Shown here: positions 32,583 to 42,809 of the stretch, one piece after another
How positions within the stretch are numbered: the stretch's first letter is position 1
Layout of the letters: each line of letters starts with the position of its first letter
NCBI RefSeq assembly: GCF_055900595.2
Contig: NZ_CM148325.1
DNA: 64,000 nt
Strand: one strand, 5' to 3'
Notes under the pieces: generated by a model
Database searches by the model: none
Told to the model about the DNA's origin: nothing
The model's input: only the letters and a program-made list of their open reading frames with translations
Translations under genes and position numbers: made by a program

Positions 32583-33140
32583 TTACTGAATAACCAGCGT
32601 ATTAATGATGTTTTCTGCGGTGGTCTGTGCTTTTTGCTGATCGTCAGCTGGCAGCGTAATTTGCATGGTCAGCAGTTGATTACCCACGTTACCCAGAATA
32701 ACGGAAGAGTACGCCGTCTGGCCTTTCGCGGAGATAATGCTGTCTAACTGCTGCATTTTGTGACCTTTCAGCTCAATGGCTTTATTGGTTACCACTTGCA
32801 GCTGCGGATCGCGGCTACGTTGCTGATCTTCCAGGCGCTTCGCCAGCACCGCCAGATCTTCTTTCGGATCATCGCCCATGATGACGATGACTGCTTTTTG
32901 CCCGGTGGCGTCGGACCAGACATGCATGTTATTAGCCTGCGTTCCCAGCTTACCGCTCTGGTCGGTCATATCCGCTGGCAGCGAGAAACTTAACTTGCCA
33001 TCAAGCAGGTTGACGGGATTCCCGGTAGCGTTACTTTCCGCGACCGAACCCTGCGCCGTAGCGTTAGTGTCTTTATCATCACAGGCCGTAAGCCCCATAA
33101 CCAGCAGGCCAATTCCGACATATTTAACCAGATTGCGCAT
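32583..33140 (-). CDS. dcrB: periplasmic lipoprotein DcrB
   Basis: ATG at 33140 gives 185 aa with signal peptide and lipobox (LTAC). Confidence 0.85.
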   Translation of the reverse strand: MRNLVKYVGIGLLVMGLTACDDKDTNATAQGSVAESNATGNPVNLLDGKLSFSLPADMTDQSGKLGTQANNMHVWSDATGQKAVIVIMGDDPKEDLAVLAKRLEDQQRSRDPQLQVVTNKAIELKGHKMQQLDSIISAKGQTAYSSVILGNVGNQLLTMQITLPADDQQKAQTTAENIINTLVIQ

Positions 33141-33212
33141 TGACTTCTTCCTTTCGATAAACGGCCATAACGGCTCATTCATCCATCTTATCACAACTCT
33201 GATAACGAACCT

Positions 33213-33878
33213 TTAACTCGCCTGCAAAGCGTTGATTTCGGATTTATCTGCCAGTCTTTTCAACAGCATATTGAGTAATACGCCATACATTGGCAGGAAG
33301 AAAACGATACTGATTAACACTTTGAAACAGTAATCGACCAGCGCGATTTCCATCCAGTGTTCAGCCATAAAGGCATCTGGGCTGCGCCAGAAGGCAATGA
33401 AGAAGAAGGCCAGCGTGTCGCTGACGTTACCAAACAGGGTGGAAGCCGTCGGTGCCAGCCACCAGCGACGACTCTGACGCAGGCGGTTAAAAACGTGCAC
33501 GTCGAGGATTTGCCCCAGCGCGTAGGCCATGAAACTGGCGGTGGCGATACGGGCGACAAACAGGTTGAAGTGGGCGAGCGCGCCGAATCCCTGCCAGGAA
33601 CCCATATAGAACAGCGACGAGATGACGTAGGAGATCAGTAACGCCGGGATCATCACCGCAAAGATGATACGACGGGCCAGCGGTGCGCCAAAAATACGCA
33701 CAGTCAGGTCGGTAGCAAGGAAAATAAACGGAAAGCTAAACGCGCCCCAGGTGGTATGGAAACCAAAAATGGATACGGGAAGCTGAACCAGATAGTTACT
33801 GGAGGTGATCACCAACAGATGAAATAACGATAACCAGAACAACGCCTTATAGCGTTGAGTTTGCGAGAAAACGTTCAT
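33213..33878 (-). CDS. yhhQ: queuosine precursor transporter YhhQ
   Basis: 221 aa polytopic membrane protein; synteny. Confidence 0.85.
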   Translation of the reverse strand: MNVFSQTQRYKALFWLSLFHLLVITSSNYLVQLPVSIFGFHTTWGAFSFPFIFLATDLTVRIFGAPLARRIIFAVMIPALLISYVISSLFYMGSWQGFGALAHFNLFVARIATASFMAYALGQILDVHVFNRLRQSRRWWLAPTASTLFGNVSDTLAFFFIAFWRSPDAFMAEHWMEIALVDYCFKVLISIVFFLPMYGVLLNMLLKRLADKSEINALQAS

Positions 33879-34098
33879 ATTGTACCTTTTTGATTAACCA
33901 TTGGGGTGAGGGAACCCAATACGTACGACACGTCTGTTACCTTAACATAATAACGTGCTGACCCTTTTTTCGAGCCGCCGCATGATACTGCTTTACGTTG
34001 ACAATGCAATGGTTAATTTTCACGCAATCGTTAACCTGGTTTGCTTACGGACTCACAGGGCGTAAACTAGCGCCGTTTTTTTATGTGATGAGAAGAAA

Positions 34099-34344
34099 AT
34101 GACCGATCTCTTTTCCAGCCCTGACCACACACTCGACGCACTTGGCCTGCGCTGCCCGGAACCAGTAATGATGGTGCGCAAAACTGTGCGCAATATGCAG
34201 CCAGGTGAAACGTTGCTGATTATTGCTGACGATCCGGCGACGACACGCGATATTCCTGGGTTTTGTACCTTTATGGAACACGAACTGGTTGCGAAAGAGA
34301 CCGATGGACTGCCTTATCGTTATTTGATTCGCAAATCGGGGTAA
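34099..34344 (+). CDS. tusA: sulfur carrier protein TusA
   Basis: 81 aa; CPxP active-site motif (LRCPEPVM). Confidence 0.9.
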
Positions 34345-34398
34345 GGTGGATCAGGCTAGCGGACCGATCGCGCTCAATTTTGCGGCTTGCAACCGGTT

Positions 34399-34535
34399 TG
34401 TAGGACGGATAAAACGTTCAAGCTGCATCTGGCGATACGGTGCGCAAGGCCTGATGCGACGCTGTCGCGTCTTATCATGCCTACGAGTTCGATGCCCTGT
34501 GTAGGCCAGGTAAGGCGTTTACGCCGCATCCGGCA
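34399..34535. repeat. REP/BIME cluster
   Basis: Imperfect palindromic GCCTGATGCGACGCTG...CGCGTC and GTAGGCC...GCCGCATCCGGCA units typical of E. coli REP elements. Confidence 0.75.
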
Positions 34536-34558
34536 CGCAAACGTAATGGAATGCACAA

Positions 34559-34867
34559 ATGGATTATTTAATTCCAGTTTGTCTGGCATTGCTGGGATTG
34601 CTCGCGATCTTCACCCCCAATTGGCTGATCCCTGTTTTTATCGTCGTGGGGGGATGGCTGGGGGTACTTGCCTGGGGTTGGCTCTGGCTAATGATTTTTT
34701 TACCTTTACTTAACGGTGTCGGGCTTGCTTATGCCCTGTGGTTGATGTTCAAAAGGCCATCCATAGCATCCCGCCTGGTTGCTGCATGCTGTGTTATCTC
34801 CGTCATTCTGATGTTAGCGCTTTATTATGCTTTCCTGACTATGCCGCCGTTCCCGGCCCAGCACTAA
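34559..34867 (+). CDS. hypothetical small Trp-rich membrane protein (102 aa)
   Basis: ATG start with GGAA 8 nt upstream; three hydrophobic segments; convergent with zntA. No homology evidence available. Confidence 0.35.
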   Translation: MDYLIPVCLALLGLLAIFTPNWLIPVFIVVGGWLGVLAWGWLWLMIFLPLLNGVGLAYALWLMFKRPSIASRLVAACCVISVILMLALYYAFLTMPPFPAQH

Positions 34868-34899
34868 GCCTGATAGCCAGAGGCTATCAGGCAACACTT

Positions 34900-37098
34900 T
34901 TACTTCCTGCGCAACAATCTTAACGCATTCGCCGTCACCAGCACCGTCGCACCCGTATCTGCCAGCACCGCCAGCCAAAGGCCAGTCATTCCTAACAGCG
35001 TTGTGACGAGGAAGATCCCTTTCAGCCCCAGCGCAATGGTGATGTTCTGGCGGATATTGGCGTGAGTGGCGCGTGCCAGTTCAATCATCTGCGCCAGGCC
35101 GCGCAGGTGGTTATGGGTTAATGCTGCGTCGGCGGTTTCCAGCGCCACGTCTGTGCCACTGCCCATTGCAATCCCTATGGCGGCAGCTTTCATGGCGGGC
35201 GCGTCGTTAATACCGTCGCCGACCATCGCCAGCGGCGCATGTTGATTCAGCTCGGTCACCGCTTTGACTTTATCTTCCGGCAACAGGCCCGCTTTAAACT
35301 CCAGCCCCAACTCCCCGGCAATTGCCGCCGCTGCGCGTGGATTATCGCCAGTGAGGATCACCCCTTTGACACCCAGGGCGCTCAGTTCGCTGATGGCAGT
35401 TGCGGCGTCGGCGCGCAGGGTATCCTGCAATGCAATTACGCCAAGCACGTCATCGTTACGCACCACCAGTACTACCGTTTGCCCGGCGCTTTCCAGTTCG
35501 TTAATTAAACCAGCAAATGCAACAGCCGGATGTTTTCCGGCAGCGCATATCAACACGCGCTCGCCGTTAATCAGTGCTTCAATACCAGACCCGACCAGCG
35601 CCCGCTGTGATTCGGCGGCGGGAATGGCGAGTTCAGCAACCTGTGCTTCGCGTACGATGGCTTGCGCCAATGGATGCGTCGCGCCTTGCTCGACCGCCGC
35701 TGCCAGTGTCAGCAGTTCAGATTCACTAATACCCGTTGCCGGATGAATCGCGGTAACGCGCGGTTTACCGACGGTCAGCGTACCGGTTTTATCAAACGCC
35801 ACCTGGGTAACACGACCTAGTTGTTCCAGCGCCGCACCGCCTTTAATCAACGCCCCACGACGCGCTGCTGCTGCCAGCCCGGAGGTGATCGCCGCAGGTG
35901 TTGAGATCACCAGCGCACACGGGCAGCCAATCAGCAGCAGCGTCAGCCCTTTATAAATCCACTCCTGCCAGCTTGCGGCAAACAGCAGCGGCGGCACCAG
36001 CGTCACCAGCAGGGCGACGGCCATAATCGCTGGCGTGTAAATACGGCTGAAACGGTCGATAAACCGCTCAATCGGTGCGCGGCGCTCTTCAGCTTCTTCG
36101 ATCAGTTTCAGAATCCGGTCAATGGCGCTGGCACCCGGTTCTGACAGCACTTCCAGCGTTACCAGACGGTCTACGCTGGTGGCGCCTGCAGGAACTTTAT
36201 CACCCGTCGCGCGTTCCACCGGAATGGATTCGCCGGTCAGGGCGCTTTCATCAAAACTGGCAAACGGTGAGAGCAGTTTACCGTCGGCAGGTAAACGCCC
36301 ACCCGCTGCGACTTCAATCACATCGCCCGGACGCAGGCTGTTAATTGCTACCTCTTCACGCTTGCCATTACGCAGGCGCGTGGCGGTTTCCGGTTTCAGC
36401 GCCATTAACGCGCTGACCCCTTGACGCGCGCGGCTGGCGGCCCAGCCTTCCAGTCGTTCACCAATCAAAAATAGCAGCAACACCATCGCAGCTTCGGCGG
36501 TTGCGCCAATAAACAGCGCGCCAATGGCGGCTACGCTCATTAACGTTTCAATGGCGAAGTAGCTGCCCGATTTGATCAGCCGTAATGCCTGGCGCACAAT
36601 CGGGTACAGCCCAACCAGCGTGGTCGCGATAAACGCCAGTTGCCCGAACGGATGATTAAACTGCTCCAGACCCCAGCTGATTGCCATCAACACGATTAGC
36701 GTAATCAGCGGCAGATTCTCTTTCAGGCGTGATTCTTGTTGTTCGTCGGCGGACTGTTCATCGCGCAGGGAATAGCCCGCTTTTTGCACCGCAGATTCAA
36801 CTTGTGCACGGATGTCATTGTCGGCATCAACCACCAGTTTTTCGGTGGCGAACAGCACCTGCACCTGATTCACGCCTGCAAGCTGGCGCACGGCATTTTC
36901 TACCTTGCGCGCGCAGGCGGCGCAGTCCATGCCGCTGACTTTCCAGCTATAGCGGGTGCCGGAGACGTTTTCAGAGAGCGTTGGCGTGCTGGAACATGCG
37001 CCGTCGCAGCAACAGTCGTTGGCGTTCTGTGCCGTGGTTAGCGGTTTGAACGCAGCAAAGTGAGGGGCTTTCTTGCCGTTATTGTCAGGAGTCGACAT
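34900..37098 (-). CDS. zntA: Zn/Cd/Pb-exporting P1B-type ATPase ZntA
   Basis: 732 aa; N-terminal GMDCAAC metal-binding motif, CPC transmembrane motif, DKTGT phosphorylation site. Confidence 0.95.
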   Translation of the reverse strand: MSTPDNNGKKAPHFAAFKPLTTAQNANDCCCDGACSSTPTLSENVSGTRYSWKVSGMDCAACARKVENAVRQLAGVNQVQVLFATEKLVVDADNDIRAQVESAVQKAGYSLRDEQSADEQQESRLKENLPLITLIVLMAISWGLEQFNHPFGQLAFIATTLVGLYPIVRQALRLIKSGSYFAIETLMSVAAIGALFIGATAEAAMVLLLFLIGERLEGWAASRARQGVSALMALKPETATRLRNGKREEVAINSLRPGDVIEVAAGGRLPADGKLLSPFASFDESALTGESIPVERATGDKVPAGATSVDRLVTLEVLSEPGASAIDRILKLIEEAEERRAPIERFIDRFSRIYTPAIMAVALLVTLVPPLLFAASWQEWIYKGLTLLLIGCPCALVISTPAAITSGLAAAARRGALIKGGAALEQLGRVTQVAFDKTGTLTVGKPRVTAIHPATGISESELLTLAAAVEQGATHPLAQAIVREAQVAELAIPAAESQRALVGSGIEALINGERVLICAAGKHPAVAFAGLINELESAGQTVVLVVRNDDVLGVIALQDTLRADAATAISELSALGVKGVILTGDNPRAAAAIAGELGLEFKAGLLPEDKVKAVTELNQHAPLAMVGDGINDAPAMKAAAIGIAMGSGTDVALETADAALTHNHLRGLAQMIELARATHANIRQNITIALGLKGIFLVTTLLGMTGLWLAVLADTGATVLVTANALRLLRRK

Positions 37099-37139
37099 GG
37101 CATCCTCCGGTTAAGTTTTTCTCATTAACCGAAGGATAC

Positions 37140-37161
37140 ACTCTGGAGTCGACTCCAGAGT
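37140..37161. promoter_or_regulatory. ZntR (MerR-family) operator in the zntA promoter
   Basis: Perfect 22-bp palindrome ACTCTGGAGTCGACTCCAGAGT, 42 bp upstream of the zntA start, flanked by TTGACT on the transcribed strand. Confidence 0.8.
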
Positions 37162-37170
37162 CAAGTTTTA

Positions 37171-37797
37171 TCAGAGATACAGCGAGCGGACGATGAGGAA
37201 ATGTCCGGCAAAATAACAAGCGGCGGCAATCGCGTTATCCGCACGGAAGCGTCGGCGATAGTGGCTACCCAGCCAGACAAAGTTACTGATAAACAGCAAC
37301 GAAGCGCCGACAAATGCAGAAAGTGCCGGAGCGGTTGGACGGAAGAACCACAGTTCACCTGCCAGCCATACCATCACCAGCGTCATGCCGATAAACGTGC
37401 AGATAGGCCAACGATACTCTTCCAGACGCGTCCAGATAATCGCCAGTAACAGCGCACCCAGCACCAGCAACACCAGCGGCAAAGGCCAGAAGAATGAGAG
37501 CGTCATCTGGCTGGCGAAATAGATGGTGTACAGCAGGTGTGAGAGGAAAAACGCGCCGATGGCGTACATCAGACGTTGACGTGGCAACAGGGTTAGCGCA
37601 TCGCCCAGCAGTGAGGCGCACAGTCCCGCCAGCACCAGATAACTAATGGCGTCGAACATCGGCGCTTGCCATGCCAGTAACAGCAGGAGAAGAAGGGTTA
37701 ACGGTTTAAACACCCAGCGTTGCCAGGTTGGCCCACGATACGATGCATCCACAGATAGCCATGCGGAAAGACAGACTGCGATAAACGACCAAAGCAT
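37171..37797 (-). CDS. yhhN: YhhN-family inner-membrane protein
   Basis: 208 aa polytopic; synteny. Confidence 0.85.
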
Positions 37798-37937
37798 CTT
37801 AGTTCCTTGAATTCGTTATTTTTTCGTAAGCGGAATGCCTACGGTCTTGCTTCCAGTTTAGTGGCGAGGGTGGACGGATGACAACACCATAACTGGCAGG
37901 GTATGCTTATTTCCGCATTTTCCGATGAGGGATAAAG

Positions 37938-38297
37938 ATGAGCAAACCACCTCTTTTCTTTATTGTTATCATTGGCTTAATTATCGTCGCCGCATCGTTT
38001 CGTTTTATGCAACAGCGACGGGAAAAAGCTGATAATGATATAGCGCCACTCCAGCAAAAGTTGGTGGTGGTGAGCAATAAGCGGGAAAAACCGATTAACG
38101 ATCGCCGTTCGCGCCAGCAGGAAGTGACACCGGCAGGTACCAGCATGCGCTATGAGGCGAGCTTCAAACCGCAAAGCGGAGGAATGGAACAGACCTTTCG
38201 CCTCGACGCCCAGCAGTACCACGCCCTGACAGTGGGCGATAAAGGTACGCTGAGCTATAAAGGAACGCGCTTTGTCAGCTTTGTCAGCAAACAATAA
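37938..38297 (+). CDS. yhhM: DUF2500 membrane-anchored protein YhhM
   Basis: 119 aa with N-terminal TM segment; synteny. Confidence 0.8.
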   Translation: MSKPPLFFIVIIGLIIVAASFRFMQQRREKADNDIAPLQQKLVVVSNKREKPINDRRSRQQEVTPAGTSMRYEASFKPQSGGMEQTFRLDAQQYHALTVGDKGTLSYKGTRFVSFVSKQ

Positions 38298-38299
38298 GG

Positions 38300-38569
38300 T
38301 TATTTTTTAACGTTAAATTTCTTCTGCCAGACCAGCAGTTCAAATACGCCGAAAAGGAAAATGCGCACCTTTTCGGCGGTGGTCATCTGCGGGCCATCTT
38401 TCGGTAAAGTGGATTTCAACAGCGCCAGCTGCATACCATGCATCAGCACGGTGAAAATCAGCGCCACGTTAACGAAAATATTCAGCGGACGCGGGAAGGG
38501 ATGCACCAGGTTGAGGATTAAAAATCCCCAAACACAGAGCATTAACACACGACCAATATTAATCAGCAT
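38300..38569 (-). CDS. yhhL: DUF1145 small membrane protein YhhL
   Basis: In-frame ATG at 38569 gives 89 aa (MLINIGRVLML...); the track ORF is an extension into rsmD. Confidence 0.8.
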   Translation of the reverse strand: MLINIGRVLMLCVWGFLILNLVHPFPRPLNIFVNVALIFTVLMHGMQLALLKSTLPKDGPQMTTAEKVRIFLFGVFELLVWQKKFNVKK

Positions 38570-39155
38570 CACTTTCTCCTTGTGCTTCGCGTTGATACAG
38601 GCGGTAAGCCACCTGACCTGCCACTTTTTCCCGATGTAATGACCAGTTCGCCGGAACGGTGGGGAGCCCGTTTTCGACTTCGCTTTCGACATAAATCAGG
38701 GCTTCGTCAGCCAGCCAGCCGTTATCTTCCAGTAAATTTATCGTCTCTTCTAACAAGCCACGGCGGAACGGTGGATCGACAAAAACGATATTATGCGGTG
38801 TGCCTTTTTGCGCCAGGAATGACATCGCGTTGCTGTTCACCACGCGTGCATTACCTGCTTTTAGTGTCGCCAGATTCTTAATTAACTGTTGAGAAACCGC
38901 GCGATCCATCTCAATCAACGTGGCCCCCGCAGCGTAGCGCGATAACGCTTCCAGCCCCAGCGCGCCGCTCCCGGCGAAGCAATCCAGACATTGGGCGTCA
39001 ACAATGACCGGAGCCAGCCAGTTAAACAACGTTTCGCGTACGCGGTCGGTGGTGGGGCGCAGGCCTGGGCTATCAGGAACCGGGAGTTTACGGCCTCGCC
39101 ACTGCCCGCCAATAATGCGGATTTGGCCGCTGCCGGAATGATTCGGTTTTTTCAT
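38559..39155 (-). CDS. rsmD: 16S rRNA (guanine966-N2)-methyltransferase RsmD
   Basis: 198 aa; SAM-binding motif DCFAGSGALGLEAL. Confidence 0.9.
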   Translation of the reverse strand: MKKPNHSGSGQIRIIGGQWRGRKLPVPDSPGLRPTTDRVRETLFNWLAPVIVDAQCLDCFAGSGALGLEALSRYAAGATLIEMDRAVSQQLIKNLATLKAGNARVVNSNAMSFLAQKGTPHNIVFVDPPFRRGLLEETINLLEDNGWLADEALIYVESEVENGLPTVPANWSLHREKVAGQVAYRLYQREAQGESDAD

Positions 39156-39304
39156 GATAAATTGCTCAATCCGCCAGATAACACATACTTGCAGGCGGTG
39201 ATGTGAATTAAGTTAAGTGATAGACTATTTCATCATTTTTTTAGCTGCTATGTACATAGCGTTAACGCTGTGCCATGAAGCAACAGCGAGGAGTGTAGTC
39301 GCAA

Positions 39305-40843
39305 ATGGCGAAAGAAAAAAAACGTGGCTTTTTTTCCTGGCTGGGCTTTGGTCAAAAAGAGCAGACCCCGGAAAAAGAGACAGAAGTCCAGAACGAACAA
39401 CCAGTTGTAGAAGAAATCGTTCAGGCGCAAGAGCCTGCGAAGGCTTCTGAACAAGCCGTTGAAGAGCAGCCGCAGGCGCATACTGAAGCCGAGGCGGAAA
39501 CTTTTGCTGCCGACGTTGTGGAAGTTACTGAACAGGTTGCTGAAAGTGAAAAAGCGCAGTCTGAAGTTGTTGCTGAACCGGAAGTTATTACTGAGCCGGA
39601 AACGATAGTTGAAGAAACGCCAGCGTCAGTCATTGAACCTGAAGTTACGCCAGAGCCTGTGGCTATCGAGCGTGAAGAGCTGCCGTTGCCGGAAGACGTC
39701 AAAGCCGAAGAGGTTTCGCCAGAAGAGTGGCAGGCCGAAGCGGAAACCGTAGAGATTGTCGAAGCGGCGGAAGAAGAAGCGGCTAAAGACGAAATCACCG
39801 ACGAAGAGCTGGAAGCACAGGCGCTGGCTGCCGAAGCGGCAGAAGAGGCGGTGATGGTGGTTCCTCCGGCAGAAGAAGAGCAGCCGGTGGAAGAAATCGC
39901 TCAGGAGCAGGAAAAACCGACCAAAGAAGGTTTCTTCGCGCGCCTGAAACGCAGTCTGTTAAAAACCAAAGAAAACCTCGGTTCCGGATTTATCAGCCTG
40001 TTCCGCGGTAAAAAAATCGACGATGATCTGTTTGAAGAATTGGAAGAGCAATTGCTCATCGCCGATGTGGGCGTGGAAACCACGCGTAAAATTATCACCA
40101 ATCTGACAGAAGGTGCGACCCGCAAGCAGCTTCGTGATGCCGAGGCGCTCTATGGCCTACTGAAAGAAGAGATGGGTGAGATTCTGGCGAAAGTCGATGA
40201 ACCGCTGAACGTTGAAGGTAAAACGCCGTTCGTGATCCTGATGGTGGGCGTCAACGGTGTGGGTAAAACCACGACGATCGGTAAGCTGGCGCGTCAGTTT
40301 GAGCAGCAGGGTAAATCAGTGATGCTGGCGGCGGGCGATACTTTCCGTGCAGCAGCGGTTGAACAGCTTCAGGTCTGGGGTCAGCGTAATAATATTCCGG
40401 TGATTGCCCAGCATACCGGTGCGGATTCCGCTTCTGTTATCTTCGACGCCATTCAGGCCGCTAAAGCGCGTAACATCGACGTTTTGATTGCCGATACCGC
40501 CGGACGCCTGCAGAACAAATCGCACTTGATGGAAGAGTTGAAGAAAATCGTCCGCGTGATGAAGAAACTCGACGTTGAAGCTCCGCATGAAGTTATGCTG
40601 ACTATCGACGCCAGTACCGGGCAGAATGCAGTAAGCCAGGCCAAACTGTTCCACGAAGCCGTTGGCTTAACCGGCATCACGCTAACGAAACTGGACGGCA
40701 CGGCGAAAGGCGGGGTAATTTTCTCGGTGGCTGACCAGTTTGGTATCCCTATCCGCTACATTGGTGTCGGCGAACGTATTGAGGATTTGCGTCCGTTTAA
40801 AGCGGACGACTTTATAGAGGCACTTTTTGCCCGAGAGGATTAA
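39305..40843 (+). CDS. ftsY: signal recognition particle receptor FtsY
   Basis: MAKEKKRGFFSWLGFG N-terminus, long acidic E/A-rich domain, GTPase motifs GVNGVGKTT and DTAGR. Confidence 0.95.
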   Translation: MAKEKKRGFFSWLGFGQKEQTPEKETEVQNEQPVVEEIVQAQEPAKASEQAVEEQPQAHTEAEAETFAADVVEVTEQVAESEKAQSEVVAEPEVITEPETIVEETPASVIEPEVTPEPVAIEREELPLPEDVKAEEVSPEEWQAEAETVEIVEAAEEEAAKDEITDEELEAQALAAEAAEEAVMVVPPAEEEQPVEEIAQEQEKPTKEGFFARLKRSLLKTKENLGSGFISLFRGKKIDDDLFEELEEQLLIADVGVETTRKIITNLTEGATRKQLRDAEALYGLLKEEMGEILAKVDEPLNVEGKTPFVILMVGVNGVGKTTTIGKLARQFEQQGKSVMLAAGDTFRAAAVEQLQVWGQRNNIPVIAQHTGADSASVIFDAIQAAKARNIDVLIADTAGRLQNKSHLMEELKKIVRVMKKLDVEAPHEVMLTIDASTGQNAVSQAKLFHEAVGLTGITLTKLDGTAKGGVIFSVADQFGIPIRYIGVGERIEDLRPFKADDFIEALFARED

Positions 40844-40845
40844 CA

Positions 40846-41514
40846 ATGATTCGCTTTGAACATGTCAGCAAGGCTTATCTCGGTGGGAGACAGGCGCTGC
40901 AGGGCGTTACGTTCCATATGCAGCCGGGTGAGATGGCGTTTCTGACCGGTCATTCCGGCGCAGGGAAAAGTACCCTCCTGAAGCTGATCTGTGGGATTGA
41001 GCGGCCCAGCGCCGGGAAAATCTGGTTTAGCGGCCATGACATCACGCGTCTGAAAAACCGTGAAGTTCCGTTTCTGCGCCGCCAGATTGGCATGATTTTC
41101 CAGGATCACCATCTACTGATGGACCGTACTGTCTACGATAACGTGGCGATACCCCTGATTATCGCCGGTGCCAGCGGTGACGATATTCGTCGTCGTGTAT
41201 CGGCGGCGCTGGATAAAGTCGGGCTACTGGACAAAGCGAAGAACTTCCCTATTCAGCTTTCCGGCGGTGAACAACAGCGTGTTGGCATTGCCCGCGCGGT
41301 GGTGAACAAGCCCGCGGTACTGCTGGCGGATGAACCGACCGGTAACCTTGACGACGCGTTGTCAGAAGGAATTCTACGTCTGTTTGAAGAATTTAACCGC
41401 GTTGGGGTAACCGTATTGATGGCAACGCACGACATCAACCTGATTTCGCGGCGTTCCTATCGCATGCTCACCCTGAGCGATGGTCACTTGCATGGAGGCG
41501 TGGGCCATGAATAA
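40846..41514 (+). CDS. ftsE: cell-division ABC ATPase FtsE
   Basis: 222 aa; Walker [10 protein letters not shown], signature LSGGEQQR. Confidence 0.95.
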   Translation: MIRFEHVSKAYLGGRQALQGVTFHMQPGEMAFLTGHSGAGKSTLLKLICGIERPSAGKIWFSGHDITRLKNREVPFLRRQIGMIFQDHHLLMDRTVYDNVAIPLIIAGASGDDIRRRVSAALDKVGLLDKAKNFPIQLSGGEQQRVGIARAVVNKPAVLLADEPTGNLDDALSEGILRLFEEFNRVGVTVLMATHDINLISRRSYRMLTLSDGHLHGGVGHE

Positions 41515-42565
41515 GCGCGATGCAATCAATCATATCCGGCAGTTTGGCGGGCGTCTGGATCGCTTCCGTAAATCGGTCGGCGGCTCTGGCGACGGCGGTC
41601 GTAACGCGCCGAAACGCGCGAAATCCTCGCCAAAACCGGTAAATCGCAAAACTAACGTTTTCAACGAACAGGTGCGCTATGCTTTCCACGGCGCTTTGCA
41701 GGATCTGAAAAGCAAACCGTTCGCCACGTTTTTAACGGTGATGGTTATCGCCATCTCCCTGACGCTGCCCAGCGTCTGTTATATGGTGTACAAAAACGTT
41801 AATCAGGCGGCGACGCAGTATTATCCGTCACCGCAAATCACCGTTTATCTGCAAAAAACGCTGGACGATGACGCCGCTGCGGGCGTGGTGGCACAGTTGC
41901 AGGCCGAGCAAGGCGTAGAGAAAGTGAATTATCTTTCTCGTGAAGACGCACTGGGGGAGTTCCGTAACTGGTCTGGTTTTGGTGGTGCGCTGGATATGCT
42001 GGAAGAAAACCCGCTTCCGGCAGTGGCGGTGGTAATCCCGAAACTCGATTTTCAGGGGACCGAGTCACTGAATACCTTGCGCGATCGTATCACCCAGATC
42101 AACGGCATTGACGAAGTGCGAATGGATGACAGCTGGTTTGCCCGTCTGGCGGCGTTGACCGGGCTGGTTGGGCGCGTTTCGGCAATGATCGGCGTATTGA
42201 TGGTGGCGGCAGTGTTCCTCGTCATCGGTAACAGTGTGCGTCTGAGCATCTTTGCTCGCCGTGACTCCATTAACGTACAGAAACTGATTGGTGCGACAGA
42301 TGGTTTCATCCTGCGCCCATTCCTGTACGGTGGCGCATTGCTGGGATTTTCTGGCGCATTGCTGTCATTAATTTTGTCGGAAATTCTGGTCCTGCGTTTG
42401 TCTTCGGCGGTTGCGGAAGTGGCGCAGGTTTTCGGAACGAGGTTTGATATCAATGGCTTATCTTTTGATGAATGCCTGCTATTGCTGCTGGTATGCTCGA
42501 TGATTGGCTGGGTGGCAGCCTGGCTTGCCACGGTACAACATTTACGCCACTTTACGCCTGAATAA
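41507..42565 (+). CDS. ftsX: cell-division ABC permease-like protein FtsX
   Basis: ATG at 41507 gives 352 aa ([15 protein letters not shown]...), overlapping the ftsE stop by 8 nt. Confidence 0.9.
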   Translation: MNKRDAINHIRQFGGRLDRFRKSVGGSGDGGRNAPKRAKSSPKPVNRKTNVFNEQVRYAFHGALQDLKSKPFATFLTVMVIAISLTLPSVCYMVYKNVNQAATQYYPSPQITVYLQKTLDDDAAAGVVAQLQAEQGVEKVNYLSREDALGEFRNWSGFGGALDMLEENPLPAVAVVIPKLDFQGTESLNTLRDRITQINGIDEVRMDDSWFARLAALTGLVGRVSAMIGVLMVAAVFLVIGNSVRLSIFARRDSINVQKLIGATDGFILRPFLYGGALLGFSGALLSLILSEILVLRLSSAVAEVAQVFGTRFDINGLSFDECLLLLLVCSMIGWVAAWLATVQHLRHFTPE

Positions 42566-42689
42566 TAAAAGCGTGTTATACTCTTTCCCTGCAATGGGTT
42601 CCGTAGCAGGGAAAGAGACCCCGTTGTCTCTTCCCGGTATTTCATCTCTATGTCACATTTTGTGCGTAATTTATTCACAGCGTTGCATT

Positions 42690-42716
42690 GAACTTGTGGA
42701 TAAAATCACGGTCTGA
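42690..42716 (+). promoter_or_regulatory. sigma-E type promoter upstream of rpoH, overlapping a DnaA box
   Basis: GAACTT (42690..42695), 16-nt spacer, TCTGA (42712..42716); DnaA-box match TGTGGATAA at 42695..42703. Confidence 0.65.
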
Positions 42717-42809
42717 TAAAACAGTGAATGATAACCTCGTTGCTCTTAAGCTCTGGCACAGTTGTTGCTACCACTGAAACGCCAGAAGATATCGATTGAG
42801 AGGATTTGA

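Noticed and set aside
39421-39798. 125-aa Ser-rich minus-strand ORF inside ftsY
   Set aside because: Antisense to the GAA/GCG-rich acidic-domain coding region of ftsY, which yields a Ser/Ala-rich low-complexity artefact.
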